A stretch of DNA of 64,000 nt from Bacteroidales bacterium (GTDB lineage Bacteria > Bacteroidota > Bacteroidia > Bacteroidales > UBA932): the NCBI GenBank assembly GCA_024398095.1, contig JAKSJK010000001.1, positions 8,848 through 72,847 on the forward strand, given 5' to 3'. A program made the translations under genes and the position numbers. This document shows positions 10,985 to 19,530 of this stretch, one piece after another. The notes under the pieces are model-generated. The model worked only from the letters and a program-made list of their open reading frames with translations. It did no database searches and was not told the DNA's origin. Numbering within the stretch: position 1 is the stretch's first letter; each line of letters opens with the position of its first letter.

Positions 10985-11797
10985 TTATATAGAGAAACTG
11001 TTGAAGCCGCCGTCTACAACGGAGACGGTTCCGGTGACACCCTTTGAGGCGTCGGAAATAAGATAATGGATGCAGCCGAGCAGTTCGTCAGCCTCGAGGA
11101 AGCGTCCGAACGGGGTGTGTCCGAGGATCTTCTCGGAACGGGCGGTCAGGCTGCCGTCCGAATTGATGAGCAGAGAACGGTTCTGATCTCCGATGAGGAA
11201 ACCGGGAGCAATGCCGTTGACACGGAGGCCGTCACCATATTTGGTCGCAAGTTCACCGGCCAGCCACTCGGTCCAGCTGGCGATGCCTGCCTTGGCAATT
11301 CCATAGCCAGCAACCCTGGTAAGCGGACGGAAAGACGACATAGAACAGAAGTTCACTATCACGCCGCTCTTCTGCTCAATCATGGCCTTGAGGAAAACCT
11401 TGGTCGGCTGCACCGTGCCGAAGATGTTCAGGTCACAGACTTTCCTCATTGCCTCGATGTCCAGATCCAGCACAGATTGCTCCGGCTGCACATTTGCAGC
11501 TCCGATATTGCCACCTGCGGCATTCAGGAGCACGTCTACTCTCCCATATTTTTCCAAAATAAGTTTAAGGGAATCCTCCAGAGCCTGTGCATCGAGCACA
11601 TCTGCCTTGAGGAAAATGGATTCTCCTCCGCTGCTACGGATCTCAGAAGCCAGGGCCTCCCCTTTCTGCGGATCGCGACCGAGGAGTGCCATCTTGCAGC
11701 CTTGTGCGGCAAGATAACGGGAAATGGCTGAAGCCAATACGCCATAAGCGCCTGTGACTACTACAACCTTACCCGAAATTTCGAACAAATTGCGCAT
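10985..11797 (-). CDS. uxuB: SDR-family D-mannonate oxidoreductase (fructuronate reductase)
   Basis: TGAYGVLA Rossmann motif, NAAGGN, YxxxK (YGIAK), HTPFGRF, VDGGF; adjacent to uxuA. ATG at 11797 preferred to TTG 11815. Confidence 0.88.
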   Translation of the reverse strand: MRNLFEISGKVVVVTGAYGVLASAISRYLAAQGCKMALLGRDPQKGEALASEIRSSGGESIFLKADVLDAQALEDSLKLILEKYGRVDVLLNAAGGNIGAANVQPEQSVLDLDIEAMRKVCDLNIFGTVQPTKVFLKAMIEQKSGVIVNFCSMSSFRPLTRVAGYGIAKAGIASWTEWLAGELATKYGDGLRVNGIAPGFLIGDQNRSLLINSDGSLTARSEKILGHTPFGRFLEADELLGCIHYLISDASKGVTGTVSVVDGGFNSFSI

Positions 11798-11825
11798 TTT
11801 TGTTCCGTTATTCAAATAATTATTG

Positions 11826-11833
11826 TAATTTTG
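11826..11833 (+). promoter_or_regulatory. Bacteroidetes -7 promoter element (TAATTTTG), candidate lacI-family gene promoter
   Basis: Matches TAnnTTTG on the plus strand upstream of the LacI gene and overlaps the palindromic operator. Confidence 0.45.
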
Positions 11834-11846
11834 TGTACGTACACAA
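11831..11846. promoter_or_regulatory. LacI-type operator, perfect palindrome TTGTGTACGTACACAA
   Basis: Exact 16-bp inverted repeat with central CG, between divergent uxuB and LacI genes and downstream of the uxuB -7 element. Confidence 0.8.
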
Positions 11847-11858
11847 TTTTAATATGTG

Positions 11859-11866
11859 CAAATTTA
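11859..11866 (-). promoter_or_regulatory. Bacteroidetes -7 promoter element (TAAATTTG) for uxuB-uxuA-susC/D
   Basis: Plus-strand caaattta = TAnnTTTG on the minus strand, about 60 bp upstream of the uxuB ATG. Confidence 0.65.
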
Positions 11867-11944
11867 GGTAGATATTTGAGATATACAATAGAACATCTCT
11901 AGAAATTTGTACAAAAATTACCAACATCCGTACAAAAACAGCTT

Positions 11945-13021
11945 ATGGCAAAGCAGGCAAGCATCAAGGAAATCGCAAAAATGGCAGGTGTCTCCCCCGG
12001 TACTGTGGACAGGGTTCTGCACAACCGGGGCAACATTTCGGAGAAAAGACGCATCGCAGTGGAAAAAGCCCTCGAAGAAGTGGGCTACAAACCCAACATC
12101 CACACTTCGGCAGTTTCGTTCAGGAAGGCGGTTTCTATTGCAATCACGTCCCCTTTTGCCTACCCTGGTGGCTACTGGGAAAGTGTTTTCAAAGGATTTA
12201 ATGAAGCACTTCAGGAGTTTGCAGACATCAACATCAGCTGCATCTATCACTGCTACGACCAGTTTGACCCGGAATCCTGCCGCGACGCTTTCCAGGCAAT
12301 CCTGGAAGACGAGAACCTGGATGCGGTGATAATCGGTCCGACCTTCGAGGATCTCACCCAGGATCTCTGCTCGAGACTGGACGAGAAAGAACTGCCCTAT
12401 GTCTTCGTCGACTCGTCAATCAAGGGAACCGAACCATGGGCGGTATTCGCCTCAGATCAGCATGTCTGCGGAGAACTGGTGGGAAGGCTGCTCGACGCTC
12501 AGGACGGCGGGATAGCCATCCTCTCTACCAGACGCCGAGGCAGCAAGAGGGCGAACAACAGTATCATGCGTGAACAGGGCCTGCTGGACTTCCTCAAAAG
12601 AAACGGCATACAGACAGAGCCTAAGCGTAGTCAGTTCAGCATGACAGACTTGGATCTGGCCAGTGCGGAAATAAAAGAATTCTTCAGTAAAAATCCAGAG
12701 ATACACTGGGTGACAGTGCTGAATTCCAGCGGTTACATAGTCGCAGACGCACTGAAAGCCCTTGGGAAGCAGGATGTGCGCATAGTCGGCTTCGACTTCA
12801 CTTCCAACAACCGCCGCTGTCTCGAAGAAGGCACCATCCACAGCCTCATCTGCCAAAGACCGGTGGACCTTGGCTACTATGCCATCCACTATCTCGTGGA
12901 GCACTTCATCTACAAAGTGGGTAAAAACACAAAAACCACGCTGATCCCAGTCGACGTGGTTTTCAAAGAGTCCCTCTCCTGCTACCGCGAATCCAGTCGC
13001 TACAAAGAGGTTTCGATCTAG
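11945..13021 (+). CDS. LacI-family transcriptional regulator (UxuR-like)
   Basis: HTH IKEIAKMAGVSPGTVDRVLHNRG plus periplasmic-binding-protein-like effector domain; divergent from uxuBA. Confidence 0.93.
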   Translation: MAKQASIKEIAKMAGVSPGTVDRVLHNRGNISEKRRIAVEKALEEVGYKPNIHTSAVSFRKAVSIAITSPFAYPGGYWESVFKGFNEALQEFADINISCIYHCYDQFDPESCRDAFQAILEDENLDAVIIGPTFEDLTQDLCSRLDEKELPYVFVDSSIKGTEPWAVFASDQHVCGELVGRLLDAQDGGIAILSTRRRGSKRANNSIMREQGLLDFLKRNGIQTEPKRSQFSMTDLDLASAEIKEFFSKNPEIHWVTVLNSSGYIVADALKALGKQDVRIVGFDFTSNNRRCLEEGTIHSLICQRPVDLGYYAIHYLVEHFIYKVGKNTKTTLIPVDVVFKESLSCYRESSRYKEVSI

Positions 13022-13023
13022 AC

Positions 13024-15486
13024 TTATTCTGCCAGGCTGCTGTAAGTCGCAGATTTAAGTCCCTTGGAACTTAACTTCATGCCGAAGGCGGCGTCAGCGC
13101 TGTCCTTCTCGACTATCACACTCAGTTTGCCTGCGAAGAGATGCATATGCGGCAGATGGAAGAGTTCCAGACAGGTCGGATCTCCGTTGGCCATGGCCTT
13201 GAACCTGGCATCTCCGCTCACCTGGACCTTGATTTCATTGGTCGCTACGGGAACTTCTATGCCTTTCTTGTCCACCACGGTGACCGTATAGTAAACCAGG
13301 TTCTGGTCTAGTGAGCTGGCTCTTTCTACTCTGACTGCATATGGCTTCCCGGCAGTTCTGACAGACTTGCGGGCAACGGCCTTGCCGCTCTCGTCATAGG
13401 CCACGACCTCTATTTCGCCCTTCTGATAGACCACATCGTTCCACATGAGACGATAGCGGCTTTCGAGAGCCTCGTCCTGCAGTCCCTGAGCCGGATATGA
13501 GGCCTTCGGGTTCTTCTTCTGACGGCCCTGGGAAACGCCGTTCACAAAGAGTTCTGCTTCGGGATAGGAAGTGTACACGAAAACAGGTGTAATCTTTCCT
13601 TCGCGGCCAGGCCAGGTCCAGTGCGGTAGCACATGGAGAGTCTCATCGACATGGTTCCAGACGCTTCTGTAGAGGTAGTAACGGTCTTTGGGCAGAGAAG
13701 CCAGGTCTATGATTCCGAAGACGGAACTGTGGCTCGGCCAGGCGTCGGTGGAATACGGACTCGGCTCGCCAAGGTAGTCGAATCCGGTCCATACGAACTG
13801 CCCCAGACTCCAAGGATAGTCTTCGGCAAGGGCAAAGTCCACATCCGGGATATTGGACCAGGAACAGGCCTCCAGGTCGTAACCTGTGGACTGGTGGTCC
13901 GGATGAAGCAGGCTGAAGCCTTTTACGGTCGGGAAATGGTAGGTACCCCGGGAACTGACAGTGGAAGCGGTTTCCGAACCCAGCAGGAAACCGTGAGGCA
14001 ACTGGGCATAACCCTCCAGATACTTATAGGTCCTGTAGTTGAAGCCAGGGACGTCCAGAATGGCAGCAAATCCGTTTGCCAGGACGGCGTCCACCTGGTC
14101 CATGCCGCAGGTCACCGGACGGGTAGGATCCTCGCGGTGGCAGATGTCCTGCAGGAAAGCAGCGGTCTTATAGCCCTCCGGACTATTCTGCGAAGGCACT
14201 TCATTGCCGATGCTCCACATGACCACGCAAGGATTGTTGCGCCACTGGTGCAGCATGTTGATCATATCCTTCTCAGCCCATTCATCGAAGTAACGATGGT
14301 AGCCGTTGGTGCACTTGGCGTCGTTCCACTCATCGAAAGGCTCGATCATCATCATGAGTCCCATCTCGTCGCAGAGGCGGACGAGTTCCGGGGCTGGCAT
14401 ATTGTGGGAAGTGCGGACGGCATCACAGCCCATGTCCTTGAGCAGTTCCAACTGATGCCTCAGGGCAGAGGCATCCACTGCCGCTCCGAGAGGGCCCAGA
14501 TCATGGTGGTTGCAGACGCCCTGGAACTGACGCCTCGAACCGTTTAGGAAGAAACCTTCTTCCGGACGTATTTCGATGCTGCGTACGCCAAAGCGGGTTT
14601 CGTAGCGATCGGTGCACTCCCCTTCCACGAAGAGGCTCGTGATTGCTGTATACAGATAGGGGGTCTCAGGCGACCAGAGGACCGGATCCTTGATGACAAA
14701 CTGCTGGGTATGCTCCACTCCTTCGTGGAACATCGCTCTGGAGACACGGTCTGCGACCTTGTTGCCCTCGGCGTCCAGGATCTCCGTCCTGTATTCGATG
14801 ATCTTCTGGACTGAAGCCTCCGTAGAGATGCGCAGTTTCACCGTGGCAGATTCTGCCGATACAGAAGGAGTGGTGACATAGGTACCCCAGACGGGAACAT
14901 TAGCCAGGACTGAAGTGGATATCAGATGGACATTCCGGAAGAGACCTGCACCCGGATACCAGCGGGAAGACCTTTCCAGGTTTTCCAGACGCACGGAAAG
15001 CACATTGGTTTCGCCGGGAGCGTTCAGCAGCTCGGTGACATCGAAGTGGAAACTGTTGTAGCCATAGGGCCAGAAACAGGCCTCCTTGCCGTTCACATAG
15101 ACCCTGGCCTCGGACATGGCCCCGTCGAAAAGCAGTTCCATGCGGCTGTCAGCCTTGGTCTCGAAAGTGCAGCGATACCAGCCGCATCCCACATAAGGAA
15201 GGCCGCCAGTACGCCCCGTCTTCAGGGTAGCGACCTTTTCCCCATCCTGGGTTACGGCCACTCTCTGGAGGTCATTCTCTATGTCGAAAGGCCCCTTGAT
15301 GGCCCAGTCGTGAGGGACCTTCACATCCTCCCACGAAGAATCATCATACGATGGAGAAACAGCCTCCGGAACATCTCCAAGGTGGAAATTCCAGTTTGTC
15401 AGAAGGGTTTCAGACCTCTGGGCGTGAAGCGGTATGCCCGCCAGCGAGGCGATCACGACTGCAATTGTCCTATTGATAAATCTCAT
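13024..15486 (-). CDS. GH2 glycoside hydrolase (beta-galactosidase-like, DUF4982-type C-terminus)
   Basis: Signal peptide; VPHDWAI, GVCNHHDLG, RTSHN, WSIGNE (acid/base), GSET (nucleophile), WTGFDYLGEP, HVLPHWTW. Confidence 0.93.
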   Translation of the reverse strand: MRFINRTIAVVIASLAGIPLHAQRSETLLTNWNFHLGDVPEAVSPSYDDSSWEDVKVPHDWAIKGPFDIENDLQRVAVTQDGEKVATLKTGRTGGLPYVGCGWYRCTFETKADSRMELLFDGAMSEARVYVNGKEACFWPYGYNSFHFDVTELLNAPGETNVLSVRLENLERSSRWYPGAGLFRNVHLISTSVLANVPVWGTYVTTPSVSAESATVKLRISTEASVQKIIEYRTEILDAEGNKVADRVSRAMFHEGVEHTQQFVIKDPVLWSPETPYLYTAITSLFVEGECTDRYETRFGVRSIEIRPEEGFFLNGSRRQFQGVCNHHDLGPLGAAVDASALRHQLELLKDMGCDAVRTSHNMPAPELVRLCDEMGLMMMIEPFDEWNDAKCTNGYHRYFDEWAEKDMINMLHQWRNNPCVVMWSIGNEVPSQNSPEGYKTAAFLQDICHREDPTRPVTCGMDQVDAVLANGFAAILDVPGFNYRTYKYLEGYAQLPHGFLLGSETASTVSSRGTYHFPTVKGFSLLHPDHQSTGYDLEACSWSNIPDVDFALAEDYPWSLGQFVWTGFDYLGEPSPYSTDAWPSHSSVFGIIDLASLPKDRYYLYRSVWNHVDETLHVLPHWTWPGREGKITPVFVYTSYPEAELFVNGVSQGRQKKNPKASYPAQGLQDEALESRYRLMWNDVVYQKGEIEVVAYDESGKAVARKSVRTAGKPYAVRVERASSLDQNLVYYTVTVVDKKGIEVPVATNEIKVQVSGDARFKAMANGDPTCLELFHLPHMHLFAGKLSVIVEKDSADAAFGMKLSSKGLKSATYSSLAE

Positions 15487-15495
15487 AGCAATGTC

Positions 15496-18400
15496 TTAAC
15501 GGAGTGTCACACTTGCTTTCTTGCCGCCCACGAAAATATGGAATTCGCCGGTCTCAAGCAGAGGCTGTCCGTTGCGGTCCACGAACGCGAGGTCCTTCAT
15601 CGGATCGAGGGTGAATCCGAACTCCACGCTTTCTCCTGCCTTGATGAGTTTCTTATCGAAAGCCTTGAGCTCCCTTACCGGACGGGCGATGCTGCAGTAT
15701 GGGTCGCAGATGTAGAGCTGAACGGTCTCCATTCCATCTGTATCTGACGTGTTCTTAACGCTTACCTTCACTTCCAGCGCAGTGTCCGCAGTGATTTCGC
15801 TTGCAGAAAGCTGAATGTCGGAGTATTCAAAGCTGCTGTAGGACAGGCCGTAGCCGAAAGTATAGAGAGGATCGCTGCTCATATCCTTGTAGATGCCCTG
15901 AGTGCCACGGCGTCCGCTGTTGCGTCGGTTGTAGTAGATCGGAATCTGGCCTGTGGACATAGGGAAGGTGATCGGCAGGCGTCCGGAAGGATTGTAGCGT
16001 CCGCTGACAATTCCGGCTACTGCCTTGCCGGCAGTTGTGCCAGGCATCCAGATCTCCAGCAGGGCGTCTGCAAGAGGCTCCACGGCAGAAAGATCGTTAG
16101 GACGGCCCGAAGCCACGAGCACAGCCACCTTCTTGCCGCAGGCCTTCACGGCCTTAAGCAGTTCGATCTGGCACTGAGGGATGGCGATGGTGGTGCGGGA
16201 AGTATTCTCTCCGGACCAGGCGGCCTTCTCGCCTACCGTCAGCACGACCACGTCTGCCTCCTTGGCTGCCTCGAGGGCCTGAGCGAGCAAGTTCTCATCA
16301 GCCTCCTCGATGCCGCAACCTTCCGCAACAAGTATCTGGGCACCAGGGAATTCCTTGCGGAAGCCATCGGACAGTCTGATGATGTCCTTGTCTTCTCCCC
16401 TGCCTCTCCAGTTACCCATCAGGTCCTTCTGGGTGTTGACATGAGGACCGATGAGGGCAATCTTCGAAACGCCCTTGAGCGGCAGCAGAGAAGCCTCGTT
16501 CTTGAGGAGCACCATGGACTGCTGCGCAAGTTCCTCGGCAGATGCGAGGGCGTCAGGCTGCAGATAGATCTTGGAAGATGGCTTCACATCGGTGTATGGA
16601 TGCTCGAAGAGACCGAGACGGAACTTGATGCGCAGAACCCTGCGTACGCTGTCGTCGATGAGTCTCTCGGAGATCTTACCCTCCTGCACCAGCTCGGCCA
16701 TATATTTACGATATATGTCGTCGACCATATCCATGTCAAGGCCGGCGTTGAATGCCAGCATTCCGGCTTCCTTCTGATCTTTTGCCATACCCTGGTTGAT
16801 GAGCTGCTTGATGGCATCCCAGTCCGAAACGAGGAAACCGTCGAAGCCCCATCTATCCTTGAGTATCTCAGTCATTGTGTAATGGTTTGCAGACGCAGGA
16901 ATGCCGCTGATGGTGTTGAAAGAACTCATGAGCGTGCAGGCTCCGGCGTCCACGCCAGCCTTGAACGGAGGGAAATAGGTGTCCCAGAGAGTCTGGTCTG
17001 ATATTTCGGTGTAGACATAGTCTCGTCCGGCCTCGGAAGCGGCATAGCCCACGAAGTGCTTGAGGCAGGCTGCGATCGTGCCCGGAGCGCTGAGGTCCTC
17101 TCCCTGATAGCCCCTGACCGCTGCCTGGCAGAATACGGAAGCCAGATATGGATCTTCGCCATAGCCTTCCATCACACGGCCCCAGCGAGGGTCGTGGGCC
17201 ACATCCACCATTGGTGAGAAGGTCCAGTCCACGCCGCAGTCATATGCTTCCCTGGCAGCGTACATGCAGGATTCCTGCACGAGGGACGGATTCCAGCTGG
17301 CAGCCATTGCAAGCGGTACCGGAGCGATGGTCTTGTATCCATGGATCACATCGTGACCGAAGATCATAGGAATGCCCAGGCGGGAGTCCTCCACGCAGCG
17401 TTTCTGCATGGCATTCCTGAGTTCAGCGTCGTCTCCGAAGTAGATAACGGAACCGGCCTCAGCAGGCACCTGCTTCACGGTCTCACCGAGGTTGTTCTCG
17501 ATGTTGTTGCGGCCGAGAGTATACTGGTTAAGTTGCAGGATCTTCTCTTCCAGAGTCATCCTGGCGAGCAGATCTTCCACTCGGCGCTCAAGTGGAGCGC
17601 TGGCGTCCTTGTAGAGAGGGATTTCCACTGCCGGAGCATTCTTCTTGGAAGACTTGGTCTCCTTCTCTGCCGGAGCCGGCTTCTGGGCTGCAGAAGAGGC
17701 GTATTCGGCCTTCTTCTGCGCATAGTAGTCGTGCATTATGTACCAGGCTTTCTTGCGCATACCCTGGTCAGACACCAGTCCCTTGCGGTTCCAGCCGTCC
17801 TGATTGGTCGGATGGAAGCGGAACGGAGAACGGAAGTCGAAGAGAATCCATGGGCTCACGCCAGCCAGATTCGGGATCTGGGCGAACATCTCGAGGTTCT
17901 TGCGGAACTGCTCGGCCTGATAGTCCTCAGTCCACGAACTGGCAGCCTTGCCGTTGCCACGCTGTCCGTAGAGTGCCTCACAGCCGAACTCCGAGATAAT
18001 CACAGGCTTGCCTGGGGCCACATTCCACTTGCAGTCGGACGGGTCGCAAGGCCATGGGGCATACCAGCCCATATACTTGTTGAACGAAACCACGTCGAGT
18101 TCGTCCACGAGCGGATCTTCGATGCGGAACTCGCCATATTCCTTTTTATAATATACATTGTCGAAGGCGGCGGTATAGAGTCGGGTGTCATCGATGCTGC
18201 GCGCGAACTCGAGCTCTTTGCGAAGGAAGGCGTTGCGAGCCTCGGAAGGACGGGTCTCGTTGGCCACGCCCCAGAAGCCCACAGCACAGCGGTTCTTGTC
18301 GCGATAAAGCATTTCGGAGAACATGGTCAGAGCCTTGTCCATCGTTTCTTCGTTCGCGAAATCGATGCCCTGCCATACAGGGATTTCCTGCCAGAGCACG

Positions 18401-19521
18401 ATACCCATCTTCTCTGCCAGCCTTACGATGTGCTCGTTCTGAGGATAATGCGCCAGTCTTATCATATTGACACCCAGAGCCTTGGCCTCATTGAGAAGCA
18501 TATAGGCATCTTCTTCGGTGCAGGCGCGCGCCATACGCTGAGGAATCTCTTCGTGGAAGGATACGCAGCACATGAAGGTGTTCTGGCCATTGATGAGGAT
18601 GCGGGTGCCGTCCACAGCGATGTTCCTGAAGCCTATCTGTTCGCAGACGCTGTCCCCACCGCTGTAGTCCAGTCTGACCTCGTAGAGTTTAGGATCGTCC
18701 GGAGACCACCTCTGGAGTTTCTTTGCCTTGATGGCTGCACGGCCCTTTCCATCCGCACCCAGCACGATCTTCTCCTTGAGCTTGAGTTCAGGAATGCTGA
18801 GCGTCACGCTGGAGCCTGCAGGGACGTTTCCGGACATGGTCACAGAGGCGTTGATGAGGTCGGCCTTGGTCTTGTCCAACTGCACCATATAGTCCTTGAT
18901 ATAGACCTTAGGAGTCCTGACGAGCATCACGTCGCGGGTGATTCCGCCGTAACTCCACCAGTCGAAGGACATAGCCGGGATGGCATCGGGACGGCGCTTG
19001 TTGCTGACCTCGACCACGATGAAATTGTCCTTGGCCTTGAGTTTACCGGTCACATCGATCTGGAAAGGAGTGAAACCACCGTCATGGCTGGCGAGTTCCT
19101 CGCCGTTGAGCCAGATGGTGCAGCGCTGGCTGACAGCGCCGAAGTAGAGGAAAGTATTCTCCGATGGAAGCACGCCGCCGTCCACGTCGAAATATCTCGA
19201 ATACCAGACTGTACCTTCGTAGTACTGGAGTTCTGGCAGCTGGCTGTTGAAGTCGCCCGGGACGTTCAGACGGATGCCGTTCTCCCAGGAGTACTCGTAG
19301 AACTGGGTATCGTTCTCAACTTTGTGATTGAGCCACATCTTCTTACCTCTGCCCTGGTCATAGAGATCTATGATGGCGTTCCACTTGCCGTTGAGCAGGC
19401 TGATGTCGCGTCCATAGACGTTCTGGATAAGTTCTGGCTGAGTCTGGGCGTTCACGCGTGTGGAAACGCAGAAGGCTAAGGCCAGCACAGCCAGGGCTGT
19501 AAGTTTCTTTCGCATATTCAT
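15496..19521 (-). CDS. Fusion: GH2 beta-glucuronidase + GH3 (BglX-like) beta-glucosidase
   Basis: N-half: RLAHYP, VANE, FNKYMGWY, ISEFG and the GUS NxKG signature WNRKG. Ala/Lys/Pro linker at about 17630-17725. C-half: RMTLEEK, DPRWGR, KHF, VSDW and Fn3-like tail. Confidence 0.92.
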   Translation of the reverse strand: MNMRKKLTALAVLALAFCVSTRVNAQTQPELIQNVYGRDISLLNGKWNAIIDLYDQGRGKKMWLNHKVENDTQFYEYSWENGIRLNVPGDFNSQLPELQYYEGTVWYSRYFDVDGGVLPSENTFLYFGAVSQRCTIWLNGEELASHDGGFTPFQIDVTGKLKAKDNFIVVEVSNKRRPDAIPAMSFDWWSYGGITRDVMLVRTPKVYIKDYMVQLDKTKADLINASVTMSGNVPAGSSVTLSIPELKLKEKIVLGADGKGRAAIKAKKLQRWSPDDPKLYEVRLDYSGGDSVCEQIGFRNIAVDGTRILINGQNTFMCCVSFHEEIPQRMARACTEEDAYMLLNEAKALGVNMIRLAHYPQNEHIVRLAEKMGIVLWQEIPVWQGIDFANEETMDKALTMFSEMLYRDKNRCAVGFWGVANETRPSEARNAFLRKELEFARSIDDTRLYTAAFDNVYYKKEYGEFRIEDPLVDELDVVSFNKYMGWYAPWPCDPSDCKWNVAPGKPVIISEFGCEALYGQRGNGKAASSWTEDYQAEQFRKNLEMFAQIPNLAGVSPWILFDFRSPFRFHPTNQDGWNRKGLVSDQGMRKKAWYIMHDYYAQKKAEYASSAAQKPAPAEKETKSSKKNAPAVEIPLYKDASAPLERRVEDLLARMTLEEKILQLNQYTLGRNNIENNLGETVKQVPAEAGSVIYFGDDAELRNAMQKRCVEDSRLGIPMIFGHDVIHGYKTIAPVPLAMAASWNPSLVQESCMYAAREAYDCGVDWTFSPMVDVAHDPRWGRVMEGYGEDPYLASVFCQAAVRGYQGEDLSAPGTIAACLKHFVGYAASEAGRDYVYTEISDQTLWDTYFPPFKAGVDAGACTLMSSFNTISGIPASANHYTMTEILKDRWGFDGFLVSDWDAIKQLINQGMAKDQKEAGMLAFNAGLDMDMVDDIYRKYMAELVQEGKISERLIDDSVRRVLRIKFRLGLFEHPYTDVKPSSKIYLQPDALASAEELAQQSMVLLKNEASLLPLKGVSKIALIGPHVNTQKDLMGNWRGRGEDKDIIRLSDGFRKEFPGAQILVAEGCGIEEADENLLAQALEAAKEADVVVLTVGEKAAWSGENTSRTTIAIPQCQIELLKAVKACGKKVAVLVASGRPNDLSAVEPLADALLEIWMPGTTAGKAVAGIVSGRYNPSGRLPITFPMSTGQIPIYYNRRNSGRRGTQGIYKDMSSDPLYTFGYGLSYSSFEYSDIQLSASEITADTALEVKVSVKNTSDTDGMETVQLYICDPYCSIARPVRELKAFDKKLIKAGESVEFGFTLDPMKDLAFVDRNGQPLLETGEFHIFVGGKKASVTLR

Positions 19522-19530
19522 AGTCTGGAA

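Noticed and set aside
17341-19479. 712-aa plus-strand ORF, and other long antisense ORFs (21043..22530, 28857..30140, 32643..34133, 51067..52239, 60206..61711)
   Set aside because: They are antisense shadows of well-supported genes, expected from codon bias, and show no recognisable motifs.
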